A DNA stretch of 64,000 bases from Octopus vulgaris. Its lineage: Eukaryota. The position numbers and the translations under genes were made by a program. The notes beneath the pieces were generated by a model. It saw only the letters and a program-made list of their open reading frames with translations. It did no database searches and was not told the DNA's origin. Shown in pieces: positions 31,901-43,623 of the stretch. The stretch lies in NCBI GenBank assembly GCA_951406725.2, contig OX597834.1, positions 2,480,001 through 2,544,000 on the forward strand, written 5' to 3'. Positions within the stretch are counted from its first letter, which is position 1. Every line of letters starts with the position of its first letter.

Positions 31901-32035
31901 CTGTCTGTCTGTCCAAGAAAATGGATGTGGTCGCTAGTGACTTCGAAATTTGGGATTCCTCACCGTCACCAAATAGCGTTTCGATAGCGAGAAGCCGAAA
32001 CTTCGAAGTCACAGTCACCGTCAAACTTATCCTTG

Positions 32036-32335
32036 TAAAAATGAAATAAAAATGAATAAAAAAAAACAAAAATAAACAAAAATAAAATAAAAATGAATAA
32101 AAAGAAACAGAAATAAACAAAAATAAAATAAAAATGAATAAAAAGAAACAAAAATAAACAAAAATAAAATAAAAATGAATAAAAAGAAACAGAAATAAAC
32201 AAAAATAAACAAAAATAAACAAAAATAAAATAAAAATGAAAAAAAATAAACAAAAATAAACAAAAATAAAATAAAAATGAAAAAAAATAAACAAAAATAA
32301 ACAAAAAGGAATAAAAATAAACAAAAATAAATAAA
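32036..32335. repeat. A-rich higher-order minisatellite
   Basis: Units of ~39 bp built from AAAATAAAC / AAAATAAAATAAAAATGAA / AAAAAGAAAC. Confidence 0.85.
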
Positions 32336-33398
32336 TATGTACTCTACAGAAAAGGGTTTCGAGTGATCCTTCAGTTTAATATTAAATGGTTTTTATAGAA
32401 AACCCCACATAAAAGCAAAATGGATTTGTTGCTTGTTTCTCTGGAATCGATCTCTGATGGGACACCAATAAAGTTCGGAAATCGATTGCTCTATTTATAC
32501 TGTATAGGTTATATATATATATCATCATGTCACACCTTGATGCTGGATGGACTGAGATCCTTGTTGAGAGGTCGCTGGGAGTAAAATAAAGTATCATACA
32601 CTTGTTGTCATCTTTGTTGTTTGTTCCTTCTCGAGCCACGCCTGGCTAATTAGGGGCCGGTTTCCCGGTTTCAATGGCGTATAGGTTCCTCACCTGGACG
32701 AGACGCCGGTCCGTCGCAGGTGAGCTGCCTTCTGCCTTCGCCATTGCCTTCTGCCAGAGCCGAGTGGAGCTTAGGTGTTTCGGTCATAGACATACACATC
32801 GCTCGGTCAGAGATTCGAACCCGCGATTCCTCGATCGCCAGTCCGCTACTCTAACCACAAGACCAGGTACTTCCGCTATCAAACACTTAAAGCATGCAAA
32901 TTAGTGCTTCCAGTTCTCTGTAGCCACAGCATTTGTTGAGCATATGAGCAGGTTGGCTGCCTGTTTCTCTGGGATTGATCAAATTGATTGTAGTCATCTC
33001 TGATGAGAAAAGGCAATAAGGTTTGAAAATCGATGAAAGCTGTTTATCATTTTTACAACCAATAAATAAATAGATTTCACGTCTTTCTTTCTACAATATA
33101 TATTTACACACACACACGCGCGCACATATACGTATGTTTTTACCCTATTTGTAGATAGTAATATTCTGGCGATTCAGTTCGTTCCTGGTTTGATTCAGGT
33201 ATGAAATGATAAACCGCAAAAATGGCGAAATGCCGTAATCCATCCAACGTGAATGGAATTAGGGGCCAGTTGTTTCGCCTGTCTGTGACTTTCAGGTGTT
33301 TTAACACCCAATGCTTTGAAGGAGTCCTCCCTGCTGCGCTAATTCGCAGTGTACCGGCGCACAAAATAAACTCATTCATTGAGTATTTGCGGTCCTTA

Positions 33399-33485
<87 letters not shown>

Positions 33486-34064
33486 TGTGTGTGTTTGCGT
33501 GTGAGTATTTGTCTATCTGTCTGTATATGTTTTGGATAGCTGGCTATCGATTTTCAAATTTCCTCTTTACTTCTTCCGGCACAAGCCGTCCCCGATGTAC
33601 GGAGTAGCAGTTGTTCTAACACTAACTCAAGCTTCACACCCCAATACCTTTACAAACCCCTAACACTACCCCTTTAAACAACCCTTAATAACAACACCAA
33701 CTCTCATAACACAAAATTTCAACACCAACTCCAACATCTAGGTCCAACATTAACCTCGAAACACTGCACCCTAACACTTACACCCCGTCCTTACCCTAAA
33801 TTAGAGCCTGACCCCTAAAAGACGTATACCCGATTCCAGCTAACCTCCTCTATGTCGACGTAAGGGAGGCAATGCTACGAAAATAGATGAAACGTGTAAA
33901 CAACACTGAATAAACACGAAAAGCCTAAAATCCCCCGCTTTTTTTTATTTTTACATCTATGGAAGTGGAGGGAAGGGTGGGGGTTAGCCCTTAAATAACT
34001 CTACTAATGCCCCCTATTGCCCACACCGGAAGATCCTTTCCGTATATTATGGCGTTAATCAGCA

Positions 34065-34166
<102 letters not shown>

Positions 34167-34616
34167 GTACACACAAACGCACACACATATACGGTATATA
34201 AATGTAATTAGGTATATATAAATATATGTATGTAAATATGCATATATGAACACACGTGTATATATATATATATATATAAACACATACATACACACACATA
34301 TATGTATGTATGTGTGTATGTATGTATGTATGTATGTATGTATGTATGTATGTATGTATGTATGTATATATGGGTGGGTGTGTATAGAGAAAATCCCTTT
34401 TAACCATCTGTCTCTATATCTGTCCCGATTTCCTCTTATTTTTCTGCCCCACCCCCACCCCACCATCACCTTACTACAAGCATCACCACAAACAGTATTT
34501 CTCCTCTTACACACTCCGTAGTTAGAACCCGGAGCCAATACCATCGCCCATACCATGCCCCTCACCACCACCACCACCACCACTTGTCAATATTTATAGC
34601 ATCTATCACTCACTCA

Positions 34617-34661
<45 letters not shown>

Positions 34662-34720
34662 ACTATTTATCTTTCTAGCTAATAATTGAGAGAATTGTGT
34701 CGGTATATATATATATATAT

Positions 34721-34838
34721 ATGACGATGGTGGTGGTGGTGGTACTGATGCTGCTGCTGCTGCCGATGATGATGATGATAATTGATAGAACGGTGTATTA
34801 TGCATGTATGTATGTATGTATGTATGTATGTATGTATG

Positions 34839-34882
<44 letters not shown>

Positions 34883-34990
34883 CATACATACATATACATA
34901 CATACACACCATTCTATCAATTATCCTCATCATCATCGGCAGCAGCAGCAGCATCAGTACCACCACCACCACCACCACCACCATCGTCAT
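34721..34990. repeat. Fold-back of a compound microsatellite centred on (TATG)n(TA)n(CATA)n
   Basis: ATGACGATGG(TGG)nTACTGATG(CTG)nCCGATGATGA..AATTGATAGAA.GGTGT is mirrored at 34906-34990. Confidence 0.92.
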
Positions 34991-36775
34991 CATCATCATC
35001 ATCATCATGGTTGTTTTTATAATTAAGAAGAGGCTGAGATGAAATCTGCCAGCCGCGTACCATATGTTCCAATATGCGGCGCATCACTAATTTTACCTAT
35101 TAATGATGATGATAATGACGATGATGATGGCGATGATGACAATGATAATGATGATAGTGGTGATGGTAGTGTCGAAGGTTATGGTGATGATATTGGTAGT
35201 GATGTTGATGGTGATGATAGTGGTAGTGGTGGTGGTGGTGGTGGTGGTGGTGGTGGGGTTCTGGCCCCCGATTTATACTAAACTTGTCTAGCCTTTTATT
35301 CTGTGCTTGAAACAAGGCTGAACTTCATTCGGGAGACATCTTTATCACTGGAAGGTTTGTCTGACAGGGTTCCTAACCCTTCCTGTCACCTTCTGTTGCA
35401 GATGAATCGACCCCAGTCACGTGAAAACATAGCTACACTGGGCCAACGGCTTCCGAGACAAATGTCGTAAGGTATCACGTGGTTGCTTTCTTCCCCACCC
35501 CTCTGAGCAGGTGGGTCCCTAGTCAGAAATTTACGGTGATCCTTGTCTGATCTCTGAACCACAAACCGATGTCCAGGTTTAACCCTCCATCCATGATTAG
35601 GGATACCTTATAAAATTCCCTCGTTAGCGTTAGTGTGACCTTGACCGACGGCTGTGATCCAATGCAAGTGACCTACCCTATTTTCCAATGTCAAGGACGC
35701 TCTATATTTTTTCCTAAAATAAATCTAAAAAATTTGCCTTACCCCGTTGAAGTTGAAGCTCACGTTTATATGTACAAATATTAATCCGAAGGGAGGGTCA
35801 TCTATGTTAAACTTCACTGTGTCCCTCTACCATGTAAATAAACTAAACTATACAGATTATATGAAATAAAGAGGATGTATGAAATACAGATTATATGAAA
35901 TAAAGAGGATGTATGAACGGCCTAGCGGAATGTATGGCTGTGCAGACCGCACGTGGAGGCCTCTGTATATAACTATGTTTACTGTAGTCGTTTATATGTG
36001 ACGCTTAAGAGAAGGGGCCGACCAGTTTGGCTACGGCGCTTGGAGGACCAAACCAATATAACGTTACTATGCCGATAACAAAACATTTTGTGAAAATACG
36101 TGAAAATAGTGAGGCCTCGTTTGAAAGTTTATTTGGATTTTTAAAGCTTTTAAGGGAAAATTGAGGTGAGTCTTTGAGGTTGAAGGCATCTTCGATGGCG
36201 AGGCGCCCACGAGAAGGGGAAATACAATAGTAAACTATGTCTCCTCGTGCAGGAAAGTTTTTGTGCCACAATGGTGATACTTATTAGCGACAGAGGCAGC
36301 ATTAACAACGAGGGGTAATATTAATATCTTCTTAAACGTGGATCTTCTGTTAGAAGAAACTTTACTGCGGTAAATACCACGAGAAAGTCTCTCATATTGG
36401 CTTTTGGTGCAAAATACAGTCTTGTCGCTAGCGGGGAGATAAATCTATTGCGATAATGTAGCATTACTGATATGGCAAAATAGATGTGGTAATACTTTTG
36501 TTGTAGACACGGTTCTAGTGAAACCGATGCGACACTAGTTACAAAAACAGGACACCTAGCAATGACTTGTTCATGGGGATTTTGGTTTTCTACAGCGACA
36601 TTTCTTATCAACTCCTGACAAGAACAGATCTCTGTTTTTAGCGTTATAATTATTAATAACGGTGAGTCGTTTACAATGATGACCTCGTGTCCAAGCGGGC
36701 ACGCTACACAAGTGGGCCCTTCCCGAATTAATAAGTGTAAACACACACACACACACACACACATACACGCCCGCC

Positions 36776-36880
<105 letters not shown>

Positions 36881-37197
36881 CTACAAAACGAAACTTGAAA
36901 TTTTGTACATGCTACAACCATATTTTTTATCACATTAAATTCCACTATAATCGTAATCTTCACCAACTGAAAGGAATTTGCAGAAAATTTCTTTTAAAAA
37001 GATTCATTTTTTTTCCTGAAAGTTATGAGGAAACATGTTCGAAGTGGGGACACATTTGTATGGGTGTGTCACCTGGTGACCAGGTCACCGGATGACCAGG
37101 TCACCTAGCAAACTGAGAGTTGACCTTTTAGTATGACCTTTCCGACCGTTCATGTTCTGTCCCCAATGACATTCGTTAAATATTCCTGGTCAGACAC

Positions 37198-37423
37198 TGT
37201 CCCAAATACACAGCAGTGAAGGTGTGAGATATGTCACCTCCAGGATAGAACGCTAGTCGAGATAATATTGTTACGAATCCCTGTCCTCAATAAGCGTGAG
37301 CTCCAACTCAGGTTACAGCTCACACTTATTGGGGACGGGGATTCGTAACAATATCATCTCGACTAGCGTTCTATCCTGGGGGTGACATATCTCACACCTT
37401 CACTGCTCTGTGTATTTGGGACA
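37198..37423. repeat. Long inverted repeat (105/107-bp arms, 14-nt loop)
   Basis: 37198-37302 pairs with 37317-37423 with 5 transition mismatches and one 2-nt indel. Confidence 0.95.
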
Positions 37424-38231
37424 TTACTCAATATCTACATTGGTTTAGTTGACCTAGACATCAATAAAAATAAACAACAACTGGTGAGGTTCTATTCACG
37501 AGGGACTGATGTCTTATTCAGGGGAATATTTAGCATCCTATCTTGGTAAAAACGACAGTTAAATATCCTTGAAAGACCCTGAGAAATAAAGAGATATTTA
37601 TATTTTGTTGTTGTGTTACGTTCCACAATAAAGGGTGACACTCAATGAGGTGACCTATACAGGACTTTGACCTTCACTGACTGGTGTGACCTCTGCGATG
37701 TGAACTAAACTGACCGACATGGCATCTACAGGATGAGCTTCACTGACTGTGTGTCCATAACAAAGGGACTTTCACTGATGGATGAGATCTCTACAGGATG
37801 ACCATCACCTACGAACCGCAGCGATCTACTTGATATGCTTCGTTCACTTCTCTTGTCGTGATTCAATCCTGTACAGGTCACTACTGGTCAAGATGACCGA
37901 CAAACCGATCGACGTGTTTAGGAATGTGTTTAACAATACACCTATGTTTACAAAGTGAGATGTGTTTAGCTCGCTTGGCAACATGTTTAATCGTGTTTAG
38001 CTACGAAATATTTAGTTACATCGACGTGTTTAACTTAAATATATCATATTTCAACTCGATTAATGTAGTAAAAAGATTTGCTTGAATACTTGAAACTGAC
38101 GGTATTATTATCATTATCATTATTATATTATTATCATAATTATTATCATTATTATTATTATCATCATCATCATTATTATTATCATCATTATTATCATCAT
38201 TATTATCATCATCATCATCATCATCATTATT

Positions 38232-38609
38232 ATATGTTTGACTTTTGCTTTGTATTTGTACACGGTGACTCCGAGTCTCACCCAGAGACCTCAATATGTT
38301 GGTCTGGTAGCTGCTTGTGGGTAGGTATTGATCTTGGCCTGCTATGATAACATCGGCTTTATTAGCTCTCTTTTACGTTCTGAGTTCAAATTCCGCCGAG
38401 GTTGACTTTGCCTTTCATCCTTTTGGAGTCGATAAAATAGATACCAGTGAAATACTGGGTCGAGTAATCGACTAGTCCTCTCCCCCATTAGCCTATAATA
38501 GAAAGAATTATTAGCTCTCTTTGAATATTTGCCATTGAGAGGTTTTTCTTGCCATTGAGAGGTTTTTCTTGCCATTTATCACTAAGAATATCTAATATAG
38601 CAGTTTTTA
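38232..38609 (-). mobile_element. Internally deleted copy of the 4103-5160 Dong-like family with a nested SINE
   Basis: ATGTTTGACTTTTGCTTT..TCTCACCCAGAGACCTCAA matches 4108-4169; TTGATCTTG..CTGCTATGATAA matches ~4923-4944; GAGAGGTTTTTCTTGCCATTTATCA matches ~5046-5070. Flanked by TAA/TCA runs; SINE at ~38372-38505. Confidence 0.85.
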
Positions 38610-39074
38610 TTATTATTATTAATAGTAGTAGCAGCAGTTGCAGTAGTAGTAGTAGTGGTTGCAATTGTGTGAATATACTGCATACTGTAATATAAATCCA
38701 GTTTCCGGATAGATTGTGCTTCTGGCAGTTAGATATTTCCATTGCAGTCTCGGTCACAAAAAGCCTTCTTGAGCGGAAATAAAAAAAAAAAAGAATCGCT
38801 GGTGTTTATTGCTGTTTATATACATCGCAACAGAAGAACCGATGATGTACGGAAACAGCCGAAATAAGAGCAGAAATTCATTGAAACTTTGCTCTAGTAT
38901 TCCAATCATGGAAGAAAAAAATCGACATGAACATAAAATTTACTTAAGGAAATAAGTTCCATTGAGCTGATGAAAGCGTCACGCAATCCTAGGCTTCTTC
39001 GAACATCCGACTGCCAGAAACGTAACGTCTGCAGAGATTTTATTAATGTATCTCGTAATTATTTCCTTAGATAA

Positions 39075-39290
39075 GGCGGCGAGATGGCAGAATCGTTAGC
39101 ATACTGGCCAAACTGTTTAGCGGCATTTTGCCCGTCTTGACGTTCTGCGTTCACATTCCGTCGAGGTCAATTTTGCTTCTCGTCTTTTCAGGGTCAATAA
39201 AATAAGTACCAGTTGAACGCTGGGGGTCGATGTAATCGACAATATTCCCCCACCCCTGAAATTATTGGCCTTGTACCCAAATTTAGAACT
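39075..39290 (+). mobile_element. Family A SINE
   Basis: GGCGGCGAGATGGCAGAATCGTTAGC head and full body. Confidence 0.85.
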
Positions 39291-39769
39291 ATTTCTTTAT
39301 ATGCCTTCATCGTTTAACAGACGATTTCTGATGATGTTTGGACGGGGAACTTCATAAAGACTTCTCCGTGAGTCACACACTCGCAAACTTACACAGTCTC
39401 AATCACTGGAACTCCACACGACACAAATTAATTATCTTTATGTTTCATTACTTAAATAATTAATTATGTCTACAGGTCACGTGTCTCACATCAGTGAATG
39501 TCCTCTGGTTATCAATAATTTCAGACTATTGCTAGCAAGGCGTACAGCTGCTATTGTTTAGTCCTAGGTCTGTCCAGATGTAGTAAACTTGCTGTTAAAA
39601 GTCTTCGAGCCATCAACATATGCTTTTTTATGTATTCAGACACAATGTACCAAGGACTACATTATCTAATGCGCCCTTGTTGCTATTTTATCTTGAATCA
39701 GTCCCGATCCTGAAGATCTTTAGTCAACATGTTGCAGCTGTATTTGTATACATGTATGTATATATATGC

Positions 39770-39824
<55 letters not shown>

Positions 39825-39892
39825 TATACATACATACACACATATATGCATATATATACATGTGTATATATATATATATACATACACACATA

Positions 39893-40067
<175 letters not shown>

Positions 40068-40388
40068 GAAATAACAGATTGGCGCAAAGTCCGAAGATAC
40101 CGTGCGTTGGCAGTCTCCGATCTTGAGTCACTCTGTTACTTCCGCTAAATATTAATAGAAAATATACATAGACTCATATCTTGAGTTTTGTTTTTCCTGT
40201 TTGCTTCGACATACTTCTATGTGTGTGTCTGTGTATGTACACATATACACATACATATATGTACGTATCTATTTATAAATATATATATGTAAATTTATGT
40301 GCATATACATGAGCTCTAAATGAATAAATATATATAAACATATATAAATACACACACACATATATGTATGTATGTATGTATGTATGTA

Positions 40389-40447
<59 letters not shown>

Positions 40448-40476
40448 GTCTCTCTCTGTCTCTGTCTCTCTCTCTG

Positions 40477-40518
<42 letters not shown>

Positions 40519-40546
40519 CACATATGTATATAGATATAGATATAGA

Positions 40547-40652
40547 TATAAAACAAGCAAAGACGATAGTTCTAGAATCTCTGTAAGAGATTTCTTGCTG
40601 TACTGGCAAGTAATGTTCACATATGTATAGCATATGTATGTATGTATATATG

Positions 40653-40716
<64 letters not shown>

Positions 40717-40873
40717 CATATATACATACATTCATATGTATACATATGTTAAAACATCGCAGTAACGTCCGTACGAACGGAACGGCCATGTTGAAGCGGT
40801 GAACGTTACTTGCCAGTACAGCAAGTAATCTCTTACAGAGATTCTAGAACTATCGTATTTGCTTGTTTTATAT
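40547..40873. repeat. Inverted duplication of ~74 bp unique sequence around a (TA)n-containing spacer
   Basis: 40547-40620 vs reverse complement of 40799-40873, about 3 mismatches. Confidence 0.93.
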
Positions 40874-40924
40874 ATATATCTATATCTCTCTCTATATATA
40901 CGTATGTATGTATACATACTTTGA

Positions 40925-41680
40925 TACTTACCCGGGCCATGTCTAACTTAACAGCACCACCTGGCGAAGTCATTCCAATCAAGAATCGGGCAATAGGGCC
41001 CACTCGAGGAGAGAGTTAATGTTTACGGAGACATATCTGGATGTAGGAGATTTATCTGGGATTTTTGAAGGAAATCCCAGATTGAGTGAAATGATTGTAC
41101 CGTAATTGTTATGAAATGCGAGTGCAATTTATGTTGAGCGGATAACACAGGGTACAAGTCTTGGGTGTGTCTTAAAGGTGATGCCAGCATCATTTGGGAA
41201 ATGCTGACAGAATATTTTCCACATCAAGCAGATGATGTAGCGCTCACGGCGACGTCGGAGAGAATAAAGCGTGAGTTTTTCTAGTCGACCCCAATAGTCA
41301 AGGCCTGTCATGTCATCTATCTTTTTTGTAATTGACCTTTGAAGTGCTTCAACTTTCATGATACCTTGTTTCGCGCGGGGAGACCACAGTGGACAACAGT
41401 ATTCAAGGTGGGTCGGGCAAGGTTAATGGTGTGGATACCACTCGACTGGGAAGTTCCGAGAATCCAAGAACACATTCTGTGAGGCATGTCAAGGAACACA
41501 TTCTGCCAGCCTGTTTATTTTAGAGGCCCAGCTTATGTTGTCGTCCTCAATTACTCCCAAGTCTCTGATGTTGTTCAATGCCATGAGAGTTTCACCTGAA
41601 GGGAGTGTGGGAGTTTCGTGTGTTCTCTTTTCCGAAGTGGATTAATTAACTCAAATTCGTCCTCGTTCAGCAACAGTCGG
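40925..41680 (-). mobile_element. CR1/L2-clade LINE 3' fragment
   Basis: PHLEYCCPLWSP, KVEALQRSITKKI..GLDYWGRLEKLTLYSLRRRRERY; 3' tail GGCCATGTCTAACTTAA shared with 50460. Confidence 0.85.
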
Positions 41681-41694
41681 TTGTGACACAAACT

Positions 41695-41837
41695 TCGGTG
41701 TAGAAGTGTCTCGTCAGGTGATGTTGCTAGAAGTATCTCGTTAAATAAATCCTGTTTTGCTTGGTTTTAATACAGTATGTTGCTAGTGACACGATACACT
41801 CCTTGTAAAATCACTTGACGAGACACCTCAACACCGA
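41695..41837. mobile_element. Short MITE-like element with 28-bp imperfect TIRs
   Basis: TCGGTGTAGAAGTGTCTCGTCAGGTGAT vs reverse complement of ATCACTTGACGAGACACCTCAACACCGA (25/28); partial third copy at 41728-41743. Confidence 0.65.
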
Positions 41838-41852
41838 TCTGATTACCTCAAT

Positions 41853-41925
<73 letters not shown>

Positions 41926-41987
41926 ATATATATACATACATATGTACATGTATGCATATATAGATATACATACATACATACATGTAC

Positions 41988-42024
<37 letters not shown>

Positions 42025-42349
42025 CATATGTACGCATGTAATCAAATATTTTTACTTTCGACACATGTTTCGAAAATTCCACTGATACTATTCAAAAGAA
42101 TAAATGGTATAAACAATGCAATCTTCTCCTCATGAAAAAAACGAAACTCGTCAATAAGACATTTTAGCAAAAAATGATGGATTTGTATAGCGATAGACAG
42201 AACGCTATTAATATTGTTTAAAAAACGTTATATGATATAACGTCATAAGTAGCTAACAGAAACAGTAAGGATATTAATAGTGAATGTTAAATATAAAGGA
42301 AATTAAAGTTTAAATTATATATAATTGTTAACAAGGTAAAAATACACTC

Positions 42350-42406
<57 letters not shown>

Positions 42407-42748
42407 CATACATACACACATACACATATAAACAAAACCGCAGGAGAAAGAGTAAACTGTATACTTATGCATGCGACATAAATTTCTTCGTCGCTACTCT
42501 CAGTTATTCCTCTTGGATAATCTTCAGACGAAAGAGATACCAAAATATACTTCACAGCTAACACCCGCAGACATGTGTGTACGTGTGTGTGTGTGTGTGT
42601 GTCTTTCTACTGTACAATTGCTCGCTTTATGTGATGTCAGTCACAAATTAAATATGAAATCGGGTTGTGTGTACGTGCGGGTGTGTGTGTGTGTAAACAA
42701 AAACCATTCTCTATATTATTCTTCATCTGTTTCCTCCTCCTCTTCTCC

Positions 42749-42816
<68 letters not shown>

Positions 42817-42818
<2 letters not shown>

Positions 42819-43044
42819 ACAGTCTTATTTTTCTTACGTGCTTTCAGTGCACTACCGAGCGCAGCTCTGTGTGTCTTGCATATGTGCTGTGGTTTGTTGT
42901 GGTGCTCTTATTTTCACTGTATTGAAAGTGTTTTGCGTAGGATGTGCGCGGTGCCTAGTTGTACTATTTTCTTTAGGTCATACAAACTTGTCAGTCTTGG
43001 TGTTTTTCTTACATATTTGTTTGAATGATTTTTTTTATCATACC
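42817..43044 (-). mobile_element. 3'-end fragment of the 2128-3993 Dong-like family
   Basis: CACTACCGAGCGCAGCTCTGTGTG and the coding end KIVQLGTAHILRKTLSIQ match 2167-2360; (TAA)n on both sides. Confidence 0.88.
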
Positions 43045-43073
43045 TGTTATTGTTATTATTATTATTATTGTTA

Positions 43074-43272
43074 GGCGGCGAGATGGCAGAATCGTTAGCA
43101 CGCCGGGCGAAATGCTTAGCGGTATTTCGTCTGCCGTTACGTTCTGAGTTCAATTTCCGCCAAGGTCGACTTTGCCTTTCAACCTTTCTGGGTCGATGAA
43201 ATAAGTACCAGTTACGCACTGGGGTCGATGTAACCGACTTAATCCCGCCCCTCCCCGGATTCTGGGGCACAT
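43074..43272 (+). mobile_element. tRNA-derived SINE, family A (most complete copy)
   Basis: Head GGCGGCGAGATGGCAGAATCGTTAGC (A box), GAGTTCAATTTCC (B box), body GGTCGACTTTGCCTTTC..GGGTCGAT..AAGTACCAG; more than 15 copies in the window. Confidence 0.88.
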
Positions 43273-43578
43273 TTACAATCCCGGAGGGTCACAATGCAGA
43301 CTGTAGCACAGAATATGGCGACTGAGAAGTCTCTAGGAGTCATAGTCTGGATGCGGCCCGGCTCCTTTGAAGTGTAAGGAATTAAGGGCCAAAACACTTG
43401 CATAAGGGGTGGATGGCTTCTCTGAACGTCACTGTTCCGCATATCTAATCAGCTGTTGGTTCTTACACCCGTGTTCCCATCAGTATCGAAGAACTTTCAC
43501 AAATACTACATGCGTTGCGCATATGTATGTGTGCGTGTATAATGGTATATACTCACATACTAATAAACTCAGTTTTTT

Positions 43579-43623
43579 TTCTTGTGACTCGAGTTTCACG
43601 CTACTGCAATCTTCAGGCGAGAA
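43579..43623 (-). ncRNA. Minimal type I hammerhead ribozyme motif
   Basis: Minus strand UUCUCGC-CUGAAGA-UUGC AGUA GCGU-GAAAC-UCGA-GUC-ACAAGAA: complete core, palindromic helix III (ACUCGAGU), GUC site, helix I 5 of 7 pairs. Confidence 0.72.

Noticed and set aside
35990-36660. Unique-looking stretch considered as a Helitron helicase or host exon
   Set aside because: No convincing motif in the frames examined.
40924-40938. ATACTTACC resembling the U1 snRNA 5' end
   Set aside because: Similarity stops after 9 nt; it is the CR1 3' terminus.
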